Positions 32,633 through 41,049 of a stretch of DNA of 64,000 bases are shown here, piece by piece. The stretch comes from an uncultured Actinomycetes bacterium (lineage in GTDB: Bacteria > Actinomycetota > Thermoleophilia > UBA2241). The notes under the pieces are model-generated. The model worked only from the letters and a program-made list of their open reading frames with translations. It ran no database searches and was not told the origin of the DNA. Numbering within the stretch: the stretch's first letter is position 1; the number at the start of each line of letters is the position of its first letter. Both the position numbers and the translations under genes were made by a program. The stretch is from the NCBI GenBank assembly GCA_963725665.1, contig CAVRZA010000004.1:32001-96000 (forward strand), read 5' to 3'.

Positions 32633-32839
32633 CTACCTGACGGGTTCGGACTTCGGCGGTCGCCCTCTTCGTGGCAACTCGCCGACGTTCTGTGGCAGAC
32701 GGCCTGCACGGAAGAGGGCGCTGCGCAAGAGGAGTTCGATGTGTGCGTTGGTGCTGCGTAGCTCATCGGACGCCCAGCGAGCCAAAGCATCGTGAACGGC
32801 CGGGTCCACGCGGATGAGCAGACTCTTTCTCTCAGGCAT
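32633..32839 (-). CDS. Arc-like ribbon-helix-helix protein
   Basis: RKSLLIRVDPAVHDALARWASDELRSTNAHIELLL. Confidence 0.8.
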   Translation of the reverse strand: MPERKSLLIRVDPAVHDALARWASDELRSTNAHIELLLRSALFRAGRLPQNVGELPRRGRPPKSEPVR

Positions 32840-32981
32840 TGACTTGAGCCTCACAGGAGGTCAGGGCTGACTCGCTCAGATCGGCAACCTCGATTTGTTT
32901 GTCTACAAGACGCAACTGTAATAAACTGATATCAGATTATAGGCCCAAGACCGTGCCCAGTCTAGGGACCAAGGAAGAGCA

Positions 32982-33977
32982 GTGAACCAACGAGCGTCGG
33001 TGAAGAAATCAGCGAGAGCGAGCCAAGCAAAGGCCGGCGCAGAGGCCGTCCAGGCTCTTGTTGTTGAGCATCTTCGCAAGACGTACGAGGGGACGGTCGC
33101 GGTCGATGACGTCTCGTTTACAGTCGCCGAGGGCGAGATCTTCGGCATCATCGGTCCCAACGGCGCCGGCAAGACGACGACGGTCGAGTGCGCCATCGGT
33201 CTGCGGACGCCCGACTCCGGAACCATCCGCGTCATGGCATTCGATCCTCACGTCGACCGTGCCCAGGTGCACGCGATCGTGGGAGCGCAACTGCAGACGA
33301 GTGCACTCCAACCCAGGCTGAGGGTCGGTGAGATCCTCGATCTCTACCGCTCCTTCTACCGAGATCCAGCCGATGTGGGCGAGCTGCTCGATGCGCTCGG
33401 GCTTCGTGAGAAGCGGAGCGCCTACTACAAGTCGCTGTCCGGCGGGCAAAAGCAGCGGCTCTCACTGGCCCTGGCGCTGGTCGGCCAGCCCAAGATCGCG
33501 ATCCTTGACGAGATGACGACGGGCCTCGATCCACAAGCCCGGCGCGATACATGGGAGTTGATCGAGGGGGTTCGCGATCGGGGCGTCACTGTCGTCCTGG
33601 TCACGCACTACATGGACGAGGCGGAGCGGCTCTGCGACCGCGTGGCACTCATCGACCAAGGACGCGTCGTGGCCATCGACAGTCCGGCGGCGTTGGCCGA
33701 GCAGGCTGGCGGTGGCAAGCGTGTGCGCTTCGTGCCATCGCAGCCTTTTGACGACCGTCTGCTGACCGCTCTCCCTGAAGTGACGAGCCTCGAACGACAG
33801 GGCCGCCACGTGCTTGTGAATGGCACGGGCGATCTGGTCAACACCGTGATCCTCACGCTGGCGACCGCCGGGGTGACGGCGAATGAAGTCGAGGTAGAGT
33901 CCGGGACGCTGGAGGACGCCTTCGTCAAGCTCACGGGTCGCCACCTCCATGAGGGAGACGAGGTGGCGGCGGGATGA
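32982..33977 (+). CDS. ABC-2 exporter ATP-binding subunit
   Basis: GPNGAGKTT, LSGGQKQR, ILDEMTTGLD. Confidence 0.92.
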   Translation: MNQRASVKKSARASQAKAGAEAVQALVVEHLRKTYEGTVAVDDVSFTVAEGEIFGIIGPNGAGKTTTVECAIGLRTPDSGTIRVMAFDPHVDRAQVHAIVGAQLQTSALQPRLRVGEILDLYRSFYRDPADVGELLDALGLREKRSAYYKSLSGGQKQRLSLALALVGQPKIAILDEMTTGLDPQARRDTWELIEGVRDRGVTVVLVTHYMDEAERLCDRVALIDQGRVVAIDSPAALAEQAGGGKRVRFVPSQPFDDRLLTALPEVTSLERQGRHVLVNGTGDLVNTVILTLATAGVTANEVEVESGTLEDAFVKLTGRHLHEGDEVAAG

Positions 33978-34753
33978 ATGCCTCCGGGGAAGGGCTTCCC
34001 GCCTCGCCGCCGCGGGCCGCGTTCGGAAGGCTCGTTGCTTGTGAAGCCAGGCTGGCGTGGAGGGAGCCGATCGGGCTGGTCTTCGGTCTTGCCATTCCCG
34101 TGGTGTTGCTCGTGATCTTCGGCGCCGTGCCGAGTTCCCACGAGCAGCAAGCACAACTCGGCGGCCTCACCGTCATCGCGGTCTACGTCCCGATTCTGAT
34201 TGCGTTCTGCATCGGGATGCTCGCGCTCTTCAGCCTCCCGCGTGCCTTGGTCACCTACCGCGAGTTGGGCATCCTGCGGCGTCTCTCGACGACGCCGCTG
34301 CCACCGAGCTGGGTGCTCGCCGCGCAGCTGGCCATCAACTTCGTGCTCGCCGTGTGGGCGCTTATCATCCTGGTTGTGGTGGGCGTCGCTGCCTTCGGGG
34401 CCGCTGCTCCTAAAAGTCCAGCAGGATTTGCCTTGGCCTTCCTGCTATCGGTCGCCGCGCTGTTTGCCATGGGCTTGTGGGTCGCGGCGGTGGCCCGCAG
34501 CGCCACTGCTGCGAACGCAATGGGAGCCGCACTGTTCTTCCCCCTGGTTTTTTTCGCCGGTCTGTGGTATCCGCAGGAGTTCATGCCGGCGGCTTTGCGC
34601 CACCTCGGTCAGCTGACGCCGCTCGGCGCGTCGGTGCAGGCCCTGCAGAGCGCAAGCCAGGGCAACTTTCCTCCGACCGGATCGCTGTTGGTCCTGGCCG
34701 CCTACGGCGTCGTTTTCGCTCTGCTGGCGGTGAGGTCGTTCCGGTGGGAGTGA
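33974..34753 (+). CDS. ABC-2 type permease
   Basis: YRELGILRRLSTTP, six TM helices, terminal RSFRWE. Confidence 0.9.
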   Translation: MNASGEGLPASPPRAAFGRLVACEARLAWREPIGLVFGLAIPVVLLVIFGAVPSSHEQQAQLGGLTVIAVYVPILIAFCIGMLALFSLPRALVTYRELGILRRLSTTPLPPSWVLAAQLAINFVLAVWALIILVVVGVAAFGAAAPKSPAGFALAFLLSVAALFAMGLWVAAVARSATAANAMGAALFFPLVFFAGLWYPQEFMPAALRHLGQLTPLGASVQALQSASQGNFPPTGSLLVLAAYGVVFALLAVRSFRWE

Positions 34754-34877
34754 CAATGGGGGGCAGATACCGCGTCGCCGCGGCATTCTGGATGCTCTCG
34801 GACACCCACAGGCTCTGGCTCCTGTTCTGGATGGGGACCGCCAACACCACCACGCTCGTGTGTGATCGGGCCGAAAC

Positions 34878-35096
34878 ATGAAACATCCCGCCGACAAACC
34901 GGGCCGCAAGCTGTTTCTGCTGCGCATCGATTGCGAGCTGTGGAATCAGGTCGAGACGCGTGCCGCGGATGATCTCCGGTCGATCAACGCGGAAGTGGAG
35001 TGGCTGCTGCGCGAGGCGCTTCGCGGCCATGATGACAGTGGCATGATGCCGAGTCGGCCCGAGCCCAGAGACGCAGAGGAGCACGAGACGCGCTGA
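34878..35096 (+). CDS. Second Arc-like ribbon-helix-helix protein
   Basis: RKLFLLRIDCELW, ADDLRSINAEVEWLLREAL. Confidence 0.75.
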   Translation: MKHPADKPGRKLFLLRIDCELWNQVETRAADDLRSINAEVEWLLREALRGHDDSGMMPSRPEPRDAEEHETR

Positions 35097-35252
35097 GGAC
35101 CGAGATGCAATTCAGTGTCGGCTTGTAGGCCGGAGGCGACGACGGGTGCCGCGATCCCCACATGTCAAACGAGCCTTCCCCCGAGTATCATTCGGCGCGC
35201 AATCCACTTGCTACAACGTCATTGGCCTAGTAGGCGCTGGACTTCGAGGCGT

Positions 35253-35283
35253 AAGTTCGAGAGCTGTCTGGTTAGGTCCACCA
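35253..35283 (+). repeat. att-like repeat copy 2
   Basis: AAGTTCGAGAGCTGTCTGGTTAGGTCCACCA. Confidence 0.9.
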
Positions 35284-35554
35284 GCGTTGACAGTTCGCCA
35301 ACGTTTTCCCTGCAAATCTTAAGCTTCTGTTGTCCGGTCGCTCACCGTAGATCCGTATCCGGCTGCTCCCCCAAACCCGGGTCTCGGTTGAAGCACCCGT
35401 TCCTGGGCAATGAGACGGGGGGCCGGGAAGGACGACGGAGCTAGCCAGATTGCCGATGACCTATACGGTCCAGGGTCAGGCGTCAAATGGTTTAGCGTCG
35501 ATGATCCGGAGAACAACCATTGGATGATTGTGCAGGAAACAAGAAGGGACGGCC

Positions 35555-35926
35555 ATGAATCCTAGTGAAGAAATTGACAATTTGATCGCGCAGAATCAGG
35601 ACTGGCGCGGTGCCACGCTAGCGAAGCTCCGCAAGACCATCCTTGAGGTTGATCCCGAGATCATTGAGGAGTGGAAATGGATGGGGTCACCAGTCTGGTC
35701 ACTCAACGGGATTATCTGTGTTGGGAATATTTTCAAGAATAAGGTGCAGCTCGTCTTCATGGACGGTGCGGCACTCAGTGATCCTGACAAACTCTTCAAT
35801 GCCGGACTTGAAGGCAACAAAAGGCGAGCTATTGACGTCTATGAAGGGGATCACATAGAAGAAGGTTCGCTAAAGACTCTTGTTCGTGCTGCCATAAGCT
35901 ACAACCAGGCAAAAGGCAAGAAGTAG
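35555..35926 (+). CDS. DUF1801 (YdhG-like) protein, low GC
   Basis: DWRGATL, IIEEWKWMGSPVW, DPDKLFNAGLEGNKRRAID. Confidence 0.88.
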   Translation: MNPSEEIDNLIAQNQDWRGATLAKLRKTILEVDPEIIEEWKWMGSPVWSLNGIICVGNIFKNKVQLVFMDGAALSDPDKLFNAGLEGNKRRAIDVYEGDHIEEGSLKTLVRAAISYNQAKGKK

Positions 35927-36212
35927 GTCTGTCGATGGGGAAGATGCGGGCGGACCTTCCGTGAACGGCGGCGCACGTATCCGTGCTCGTCATCTGAGCC
36001 TGCGTGCGTTGCCCGGGTAGTCGTAGGTAAGCCCGTCTCGGTCGAAGAGGATTTCGGCGCGAAAGTCGTCATCGAGCAGCCAATGGCTCGCGCGGGCGCC
36101 GGTAGCCGACTGACGGACTCTTCCCGCCGGTTTGGCCTCTCAATCATCGGAGTGAGGCTCCGACGCTTGTGCTACACTATTAGTATCAACCAGACTCTGA
36201 ACTTCAAGGCGT

Positions 36213-36243
36213 AAGTTCGAGAGCTGCCTGGTTAGGTCCACCA
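36213..36243 (+). repeat. att-like repeat copy 3
   Basis: AAGTTCGAGAGCTGCCTGGTTAGGTCCACCA. Confidence 0.9.
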
Positions 36244-36525
36244 CCGTTGTCAATTCGACACGCCACGCAGCGACTCGTGGTTCTTGCGCACGAGTCGCTC
36301 AAGCCGTACCTCAAGTAGCGGCGCTCGCTGGCGACTCCGGTGCCGGTGAGCCGCCCGATCGCGGCCTTGCGTGCGCTTCCACCACTTGTCCTCGCAGCCG
36401 AGAGGAGTAGGCTCAACCTGCGTGCGACACCCTCGCCATGGCTCCGCTGGCGGTCTGAGCGCGTGCGAGCCGGGGGCAGGACCACCGTGACCCGGGCGCC
36501 GGCCGGCCCGGCGAGGAGGCAGCGG

Positions 36526-39500
36526 ATGACGGCTGCGGTGAGACAGCCGAGCACGACTTTCAGGGTCTTCGTCAGCTCGACCTTCGAGGACTTCCGGGCC
36601 GAGCGGAACGCGCTCCAACGGTACGTCTTTCCGCGGCTGGCGGAGCTGTGCGCGACCCGGGACGCGCGGTTCCAGGCGATCGACCTGCGCTGGGGCGTCG
36701 GCGAGGAGGCAAGCCTCGACCAGCGCGCCATCCCCATCTGCCTTACCGAGATCGAGCGCTGCCAGCGGGTCACGCCGCGGCCCAACTTCATCGTGCTCAT
36801 GGGCGACCGCTACGGCTGGCGCCCGCTGCCCGCCCGCATCGACGCTGCGGAGTTCGAGCTGCTGCTCGCGACGATCCCGGAGGAGGATGCCGCGGTCCTG
36901 GCCTGGTCGCAAGGGCAGGCGGCGGGAGCCGAAGGCTGGTACCGCCGCGACGACAATGCGGTGCCTCCCGAGTACGTGCTACGGCCGCGCAGGTTAGTCG
37001 TGCCCGAGGGCGCGAGCGAGGAGGAACGTGAGGACGCCGCGGAGGCCGAGCGCCGGGAGTGGACGACGGTCGAGGCGCGGCTGCGGGCGATCCTTCTCCG
37101 CGCGGTGGATGCGCTCGGCTGGGCCGAGGCCGAGCCAGCGCGGCGTAAGTACGTGGCCTCGGCGACCGAGCAGGAGATCGTGCTCGGCGCCCTCGAGGCC
37201 GACGGCGCCGCCGAGCACGTCTTCGCTTTCTTCCGCACCATCGACGGCCTGCCCGCGGGCGAGTCCGCCAAGAGGTTCTGCGACCTGACGGCGTCGCCGA
37301 AGGGACTCGTCCCCGACGCGGACGCGCGGGCCAGGCTCACATCGCTCAGTGCGGAGTTGCGGGACGTGCTCGGCAGCCACGCGCTGGACTCCTACCGGGC
37401 GAGGTGGACGGGCGAAGGGATCACCACCGATCACCTGGGGACGCTGCCCGAGGATCTGAGCGACTGCTTGGGCCTGCTCGACGAGCCGGATGCGCCGCAT
37501 ACCCTCTGCGCCGATGTCTGGCGCAGCATCGCCGGCGTGATCAAGAGCGAGCTCGACCGGCCGGAGGCTGACGAGGCCATCGACCGGGAGATCGCGCGCC
37601 ACGCGAGGTTCGGCGAGGCGCGGTGTCGGGACTTCGTCGGCCGGGAGGAGGTCCGCACGGAGATCGCCGCCTACCTGGCGGGGACCGAGGCTCATCCGCT
37701 CGTGCTGGTGGGCGAGGGCGGCTCGGGCAAGTCGGCGCTCATGGCCAAAGCGGTGCAAGAGGCCGTGAGCGCACATCCGGGCGCCGTCGTCGCTGCGCGC
37801 TTCATCGGCGCCACACCCGCCGCCTCCGACGGGCGCTCGCTGCTCGACGCCGTCTGCCGCCAGCTGGCACGGGCCACCGGCGGCGACGAGGCGACGCTCC
37901 CGGCCGGGCTGTCGGACCTTTCGGTCGAGCTCGCCCGGCACCTCGCTCGCGCCACGGCGGAGCTGCCGGTCTTCGTGTTCCTCGACGCGCTGGACCAGCT
38001 CGGCGCCACCGACCCGGCTCGTGGCCTCGCTTGGCTGCCCGCGAGCCTGCCCGACCACGCCCGGCTGGTGGTCTCCACCGTGCCGGGCGCCTGCGAGACC
38101 GCTCTGCGGGCCAGGCGCCCGGAGCCGCGGTTCCTCAGCCTCGACAGGATGTCGCGCCGGGAAGGCGAGACGGTGCTTGAGATCTGGCTCGACAAGGAGG
38201 GCCGCACGCTGCAGGAAGGGCAGCGGGCGGCGGTGCTCGATGCGTTCGAGCCCGAAGGCCGCCCGCTCTATCTCAGGCTGGCCTTCGAGGAGGCGCGGCT
38301 GTGGCGCTCGTTCAGCGCGCCGGCCGAGACGAGGCTGCAACCCGGCATTCCCGGACTCATTCGAGGCAACCTGCTGGCCCGTCTGGAGGCGCCCGAGAAC
38401 CACGGCCGGCAGCTAGTGGCGCGTGCGCTCGCCGCCCTCGCCGCCTCGCGCCACGGCCTGGCGGAGGACGAGCTCGTGGCGCTGCTGTCGGCGGACGCCG
38501 ACGTGATCGCCGACTTCCGCCGCCGCTCGCCGCGCTCGCCCGCCGTCGGGCAACTGCCGGTGGTGGTGTGGTCGCGCCTCTACTTCGACCTTGAACCGTA
38601 CCTGTCCGAGCACGCCACCGACGGAGCCACGCTGCTGGCTTTCTACCACCGCGCCCTCGCCGAGGCGGCCCGGGAGGAGTACCTAGCGGATGAGCCCGAG
38701 CGGCGCGTCGTCAACTCGGGCCTCGCCCGCTACTTCCGCGGGGTGGCCGACCCGAACGGAGACGGCGACTGGCAGCCGCGCGCCCGGGCGCTGGCGGAGC
38801 TGCCGTTCCACCTGGCGGAGAGCGCGGCGGCCGGCGAGCGAGGCGCGGCGGAGGAGCTTGAGGCGCTCCTCACACAACTCGGGTACCTGGCCGCCCGGGT
38901 CGCCACCGGCAAGGCCTACGAGCTGGTCGCCGCATACGAGCTCACCGAGCCGCTGGGCCCGGCGCTCATCGAGTGGCGGGGCTTCCTGGAGAAGCACGCC
39001 CAGCGCCTGTACCAGCATCCGGCCATGCTCGTCGGGCTGGTGAACCACGAAGGCTTCGCCGCCGCCCGGGCGCAGGTGGACGACGTGCCGCACCCAGGCG
39101 TCTGGCTCCGCACGTCGCCGGAGTCCCTGCCGGGGCCCGAGCCCGGGCTCGGGCCCGAAGGCGGCGACGCGGAGGCGGTGGCCGCGGGCGGGATCGAGGT
39201 CGCCGCCAGCCTGTCCTTCTCCTCGCCGCGCGTGCTGGCGGTCGCGCCCGACCGGGAGGCGGGGTTCGTCCTCGATGGCCTCGGCATCCTGCGTGTGCTC
39301 GACTTGCGCGCCATGCGGGAGACGGAGACGACACTGCCGATCAGGCGCGAGCCGCTGCTCACGCTCGCCGCTGCGCCGGACGGCGGCGGCCTCATGGCGG
39401 TCTACGAGTCGGCGGTCGGCGAGCTCTACCGTTGCCACGAGGGCCCGGACGGCCTGCCGTCGAGCCTGGAGGCCGTGACCGCCGTCGAGTGTGGGCTGCC

Positions 39501-41049
39501 GGAGTTCGAGGCGCCGGTCGCCGTGTGGCACCGGCGCCGGTTCTGGTTCCAGGCCGGCTCGGGCGCGCTCGGCAGCGTGTCGCTCGAGGAGCCGGCGGTC
39601 GTGGAGGATCCGCTGCCGGGCGGCGAAGCCGCCGAGCTCGCGGCGCTCGTGCACGACACGGACGCGGGTGCGGCCGTGATCGTGCTGCGGGAGGCACACG
39701 ACACGCTGCTCATCGCGCCCGACGGTTCGACCCTGCGGCGGTCCGGGGTGGAGCCCGCGGCCGCCGTCGCGTGCGGCCCGGCCCGGTGTGCCGTGCTCTT
39801 CAGCGACGGCGAGCTCGTGGTCTACGACTGCGGCGCGGCGCTCACACCCGTGTGCCAGACGCGCGTCGGGGTCGTGCTGGGGCACATCGGCTGGGACGGC
39901 TCTCGGCTCCTCTGGCTGGACCCGGAACACAACGTGACGGCCTGGTCTCCCGGCGATGGCTCGCCCGCCCGGCTGCGGGGGGCCGAAAGCCTGTTCCCGC
40001 GAGGCCTGCTCAAGGTCCCGCTGGACTGGCTCCCCCGGCCCGGCGGCGGGATGCTGGCGGTCACCACGCACGGCGTGGACGCGTTCCGCGTCGCGATTGC
40101 GAAGCCGGGAGGCGCCGGCGTGTTCCAGGAGCTGTTCGGCGGCCAGGCTTGGCTGGCCGTCGACCGGCGGGGGGACGAGTGGTGGCTGGTCCGGGGCCAG
40201 CCCTCCAGCCAGGTGCCGCTCGCCCGCGCCCTCAGCGGCCGCTTCTTCTGCGCCGTGGACGGCCGCGGCAGCTTCTATGCGGCGAACGGCCATGGAGCCG
40301 ACGTCGTGGTCGACCTTGCCTCCCTGGACCGCGCACCCATCGAGGGCTGCCCCTTGGGTCTCAACGCCGCCGCCGGCGACCGGCGGGAAGGCTGCTGGCT
40401 GGTCGACCGGGCGGGCGACATCTACGCCGTCGACCCTGCCGGGCACTGCCGGCCGGCGGTGCGCTGCGAACTGCGGGAACCCTTGGGCGCCCGGCTGCTG
40501 GACTGCGGGGACTGGCTGGTGTGGTCCGGCCTGGCCAGCGCGACCTTCGCCGATGTCGGCGACGAGCCTGCGCCGACGTTGCTGTTCTACCGCAAGCTGT
40601 CGTCGGGGGCCGGCGCGACGCTGGAGCTGGCCGGCCGGTACGTGCGCCACCCGAACGAGGGCCAGTCCTCCGGCCTGTGGTTCGACGACGCCGCCGGCCG
40701 TCTCGTCTCCCTGTGGCTGGCGCCTCGTCATGAGGAGGAGCCCTACAGGCTGCTGGTCGCCCCGCTCGAGGACGCCACGGCCGGGCGCTTCACGGAGACG
40801 CCGGTCGTGGGCTTGGGCAACGTGCGATGCGCCGGCGGCAGCCTGTCTGCCGACGGCGCGTTCCTGGGCCTGCTGACCGGCGTCGGCGAGCTTCACTGTG
40901 TCCGCGTCGCTGACGGCAGGAGCGTCGCCATCCTGGCCGGCAGTCTGCCGTTCACGTCCGTGGCGGCCGGCCCGCGGGCCGCGGAGTTCTGGCTGGCCGA
41001 AGCACAGGCGCAGCCCTATCACTGCAGCGTAATCGGAGGGGACCCATGA
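36526..41049 (+). CDS. DUF4062 + NACHT/STAND NTPase + probable beta-propeller protein (NWD1/TEP1-like architecture)
   Basis: GAGGAGG RBS; RVFVSSTFEDF, IDLRWGV, CLTEIERC, GDRYGW; Walker A GEGGSGKS; Walker B VFLDALDQL; PLYLRLA; beta-rich C-terminus. Confidence 0.85.
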   Translation: MTAAVRQPSTTFRVFVSSTFEDFRAERNALQRYVFPRLAELCATRDARFQAIDLRWGVGEEASLDQRAIPICLTEIERCQRVTPRPNFIVLMGDRYGWRPLPARIDAAEFELLLATIPEEDAAVLAWSQGQAAGAEGWYRRDDNAVPPEYVLRPRRLVVPEGASEEEREDAAEAERREWTTVEARLRAILLRAVDALGWAEAEPARRKYVASATEQEIVLGALEADGAAEHVFAFFRTIDGLPAGESAKRFCDLTASPKGLVPDADARARLTSLSAELRDVLGSHALDSYRARWTGEGITTDHLGTLPEDLSDCLGLLDEPDAPHTLCADVWRSIAGVIKSELDRPEADEAIDREIARHARFGEARCRDFVGREEVRTEIAAYLAGTEAHPLVLVGEGGSGKSALMAKAVQEAVSAHPGAVVAARFIGATPAASDGRSLLDAVCRQLARATGGDEATLPAGLSDLSVELARHLARATAELPVFVFLDALDQLGATDPARGLAWLPASLPDHARLVVSTVPGACETALRARRPEPRFLSLDRMSRREGETVLEIWLDKEGRTLQEGQRAAVLDAFEPEGRPLYLRLAFEEARLWRSFSAPAETRLQPGIPGLIRGNLLARLEAPENHGRQLVARALAALAASRHGLAEDELVALLSADADVIADFRRRSPRSPAVGQLPVVVWSRLYFDLEPYLSEHATDGATLLAFYHRALAEAAREEYLADEPERRVVNSGLARYFRGVADPNGDGDWQPRARALAELPFHLAESAAAGERGAAEELEALLTQLGYLAARVATGKAYELVAAYELTEPLGPALIEWRGFLEKHAQRLYQHPAMLVGLVNHEGFAAARAQVDDVPHPGVWLRTSPESLPGPEPGLGPEGGDAEAVAAGGIEVAASLSFSSPRVLAVAPDREAGFVLDGLGILRVLDLRAMRETETTLPIRREPLLTLAAAPDGGGLMAVYESAVGELYRCHEGPDGLPSSLEAVTAVECGLPEFEAPVAVWHRRRFWFQAGSGALGSVSLEEPAVVEDPLPGGEAAELAALVHDTDAGAAVIVLREAHDTLLIAPDGSTLRRSGVEPAAAVACGPARCAVLFSDGELVVYDCGAALTPVCQTRVGVVLGHIGWDGSRLLWLDPEHNVTAWSPGDGSPARLRGAESLFPRGLLKVPLDWLPRPGGGMLAVTTHGVDAFRVAIAKPGGAGVFQELFGGQAWLAVDRRGDEWWLVRGQPSSQVPLARALSGRFFCAVDGRGSFYAANGHGADVVVDLASLDRAPIEGCPLGLNAAAGDRREGCWLVDRAGDIYAVDPAGHCRPAVRCELREPLGARLLDCGDWLVWSGLASATFADVGDEPAPTLLFYRKLSSGAGATLELAGRYVRHPNEGQSSGLWFDDAAGRLVSLWLAPRHEEEPYRLLVAPLEDATAGRFTETPVVGLGNVRCAGGSLSADGAFLGLLTGVGELHCVRVADGRSVAILAGSLPFTSVAAGPRAAEFWLAEAQAQPYHCSVIGGDP

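Larger units (their letters stand above)
31498..36243. mobile_element. Tandem integrase-less modules downstream of the tRNA, bounded by att-like repeats
   Basis: Repeats end at 32489, 35283 and 36243; homologous left-end sequences follow 31497, 35283 and 36243. Confidence 0.65.

Noticed and set aside
32459-36243. 31-bp repeats as a CRISPR array
   Set aside because: Spacing is 1-2.8 kb with whole genes in between, and there are no cas genes
32459-36243. Repeats as additional tRNA genes
   Set aside because: No D arm, anticodon arm or paired T stem can be formed
36340-36525. Longer N-terminus for the NACHT protein
   Set aside because: ATG 36526 has a strong GAGGAGG RBS just before the DUF4062 motif, and the extension looks non-coding
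38683-41022. 779-aa antisense ORF and other long shadow ORFs (e.g. 28460-30022, 8566-9855)
   Set aside because: They overlap well-supported genes, lack motifs, and are expected at this GC content
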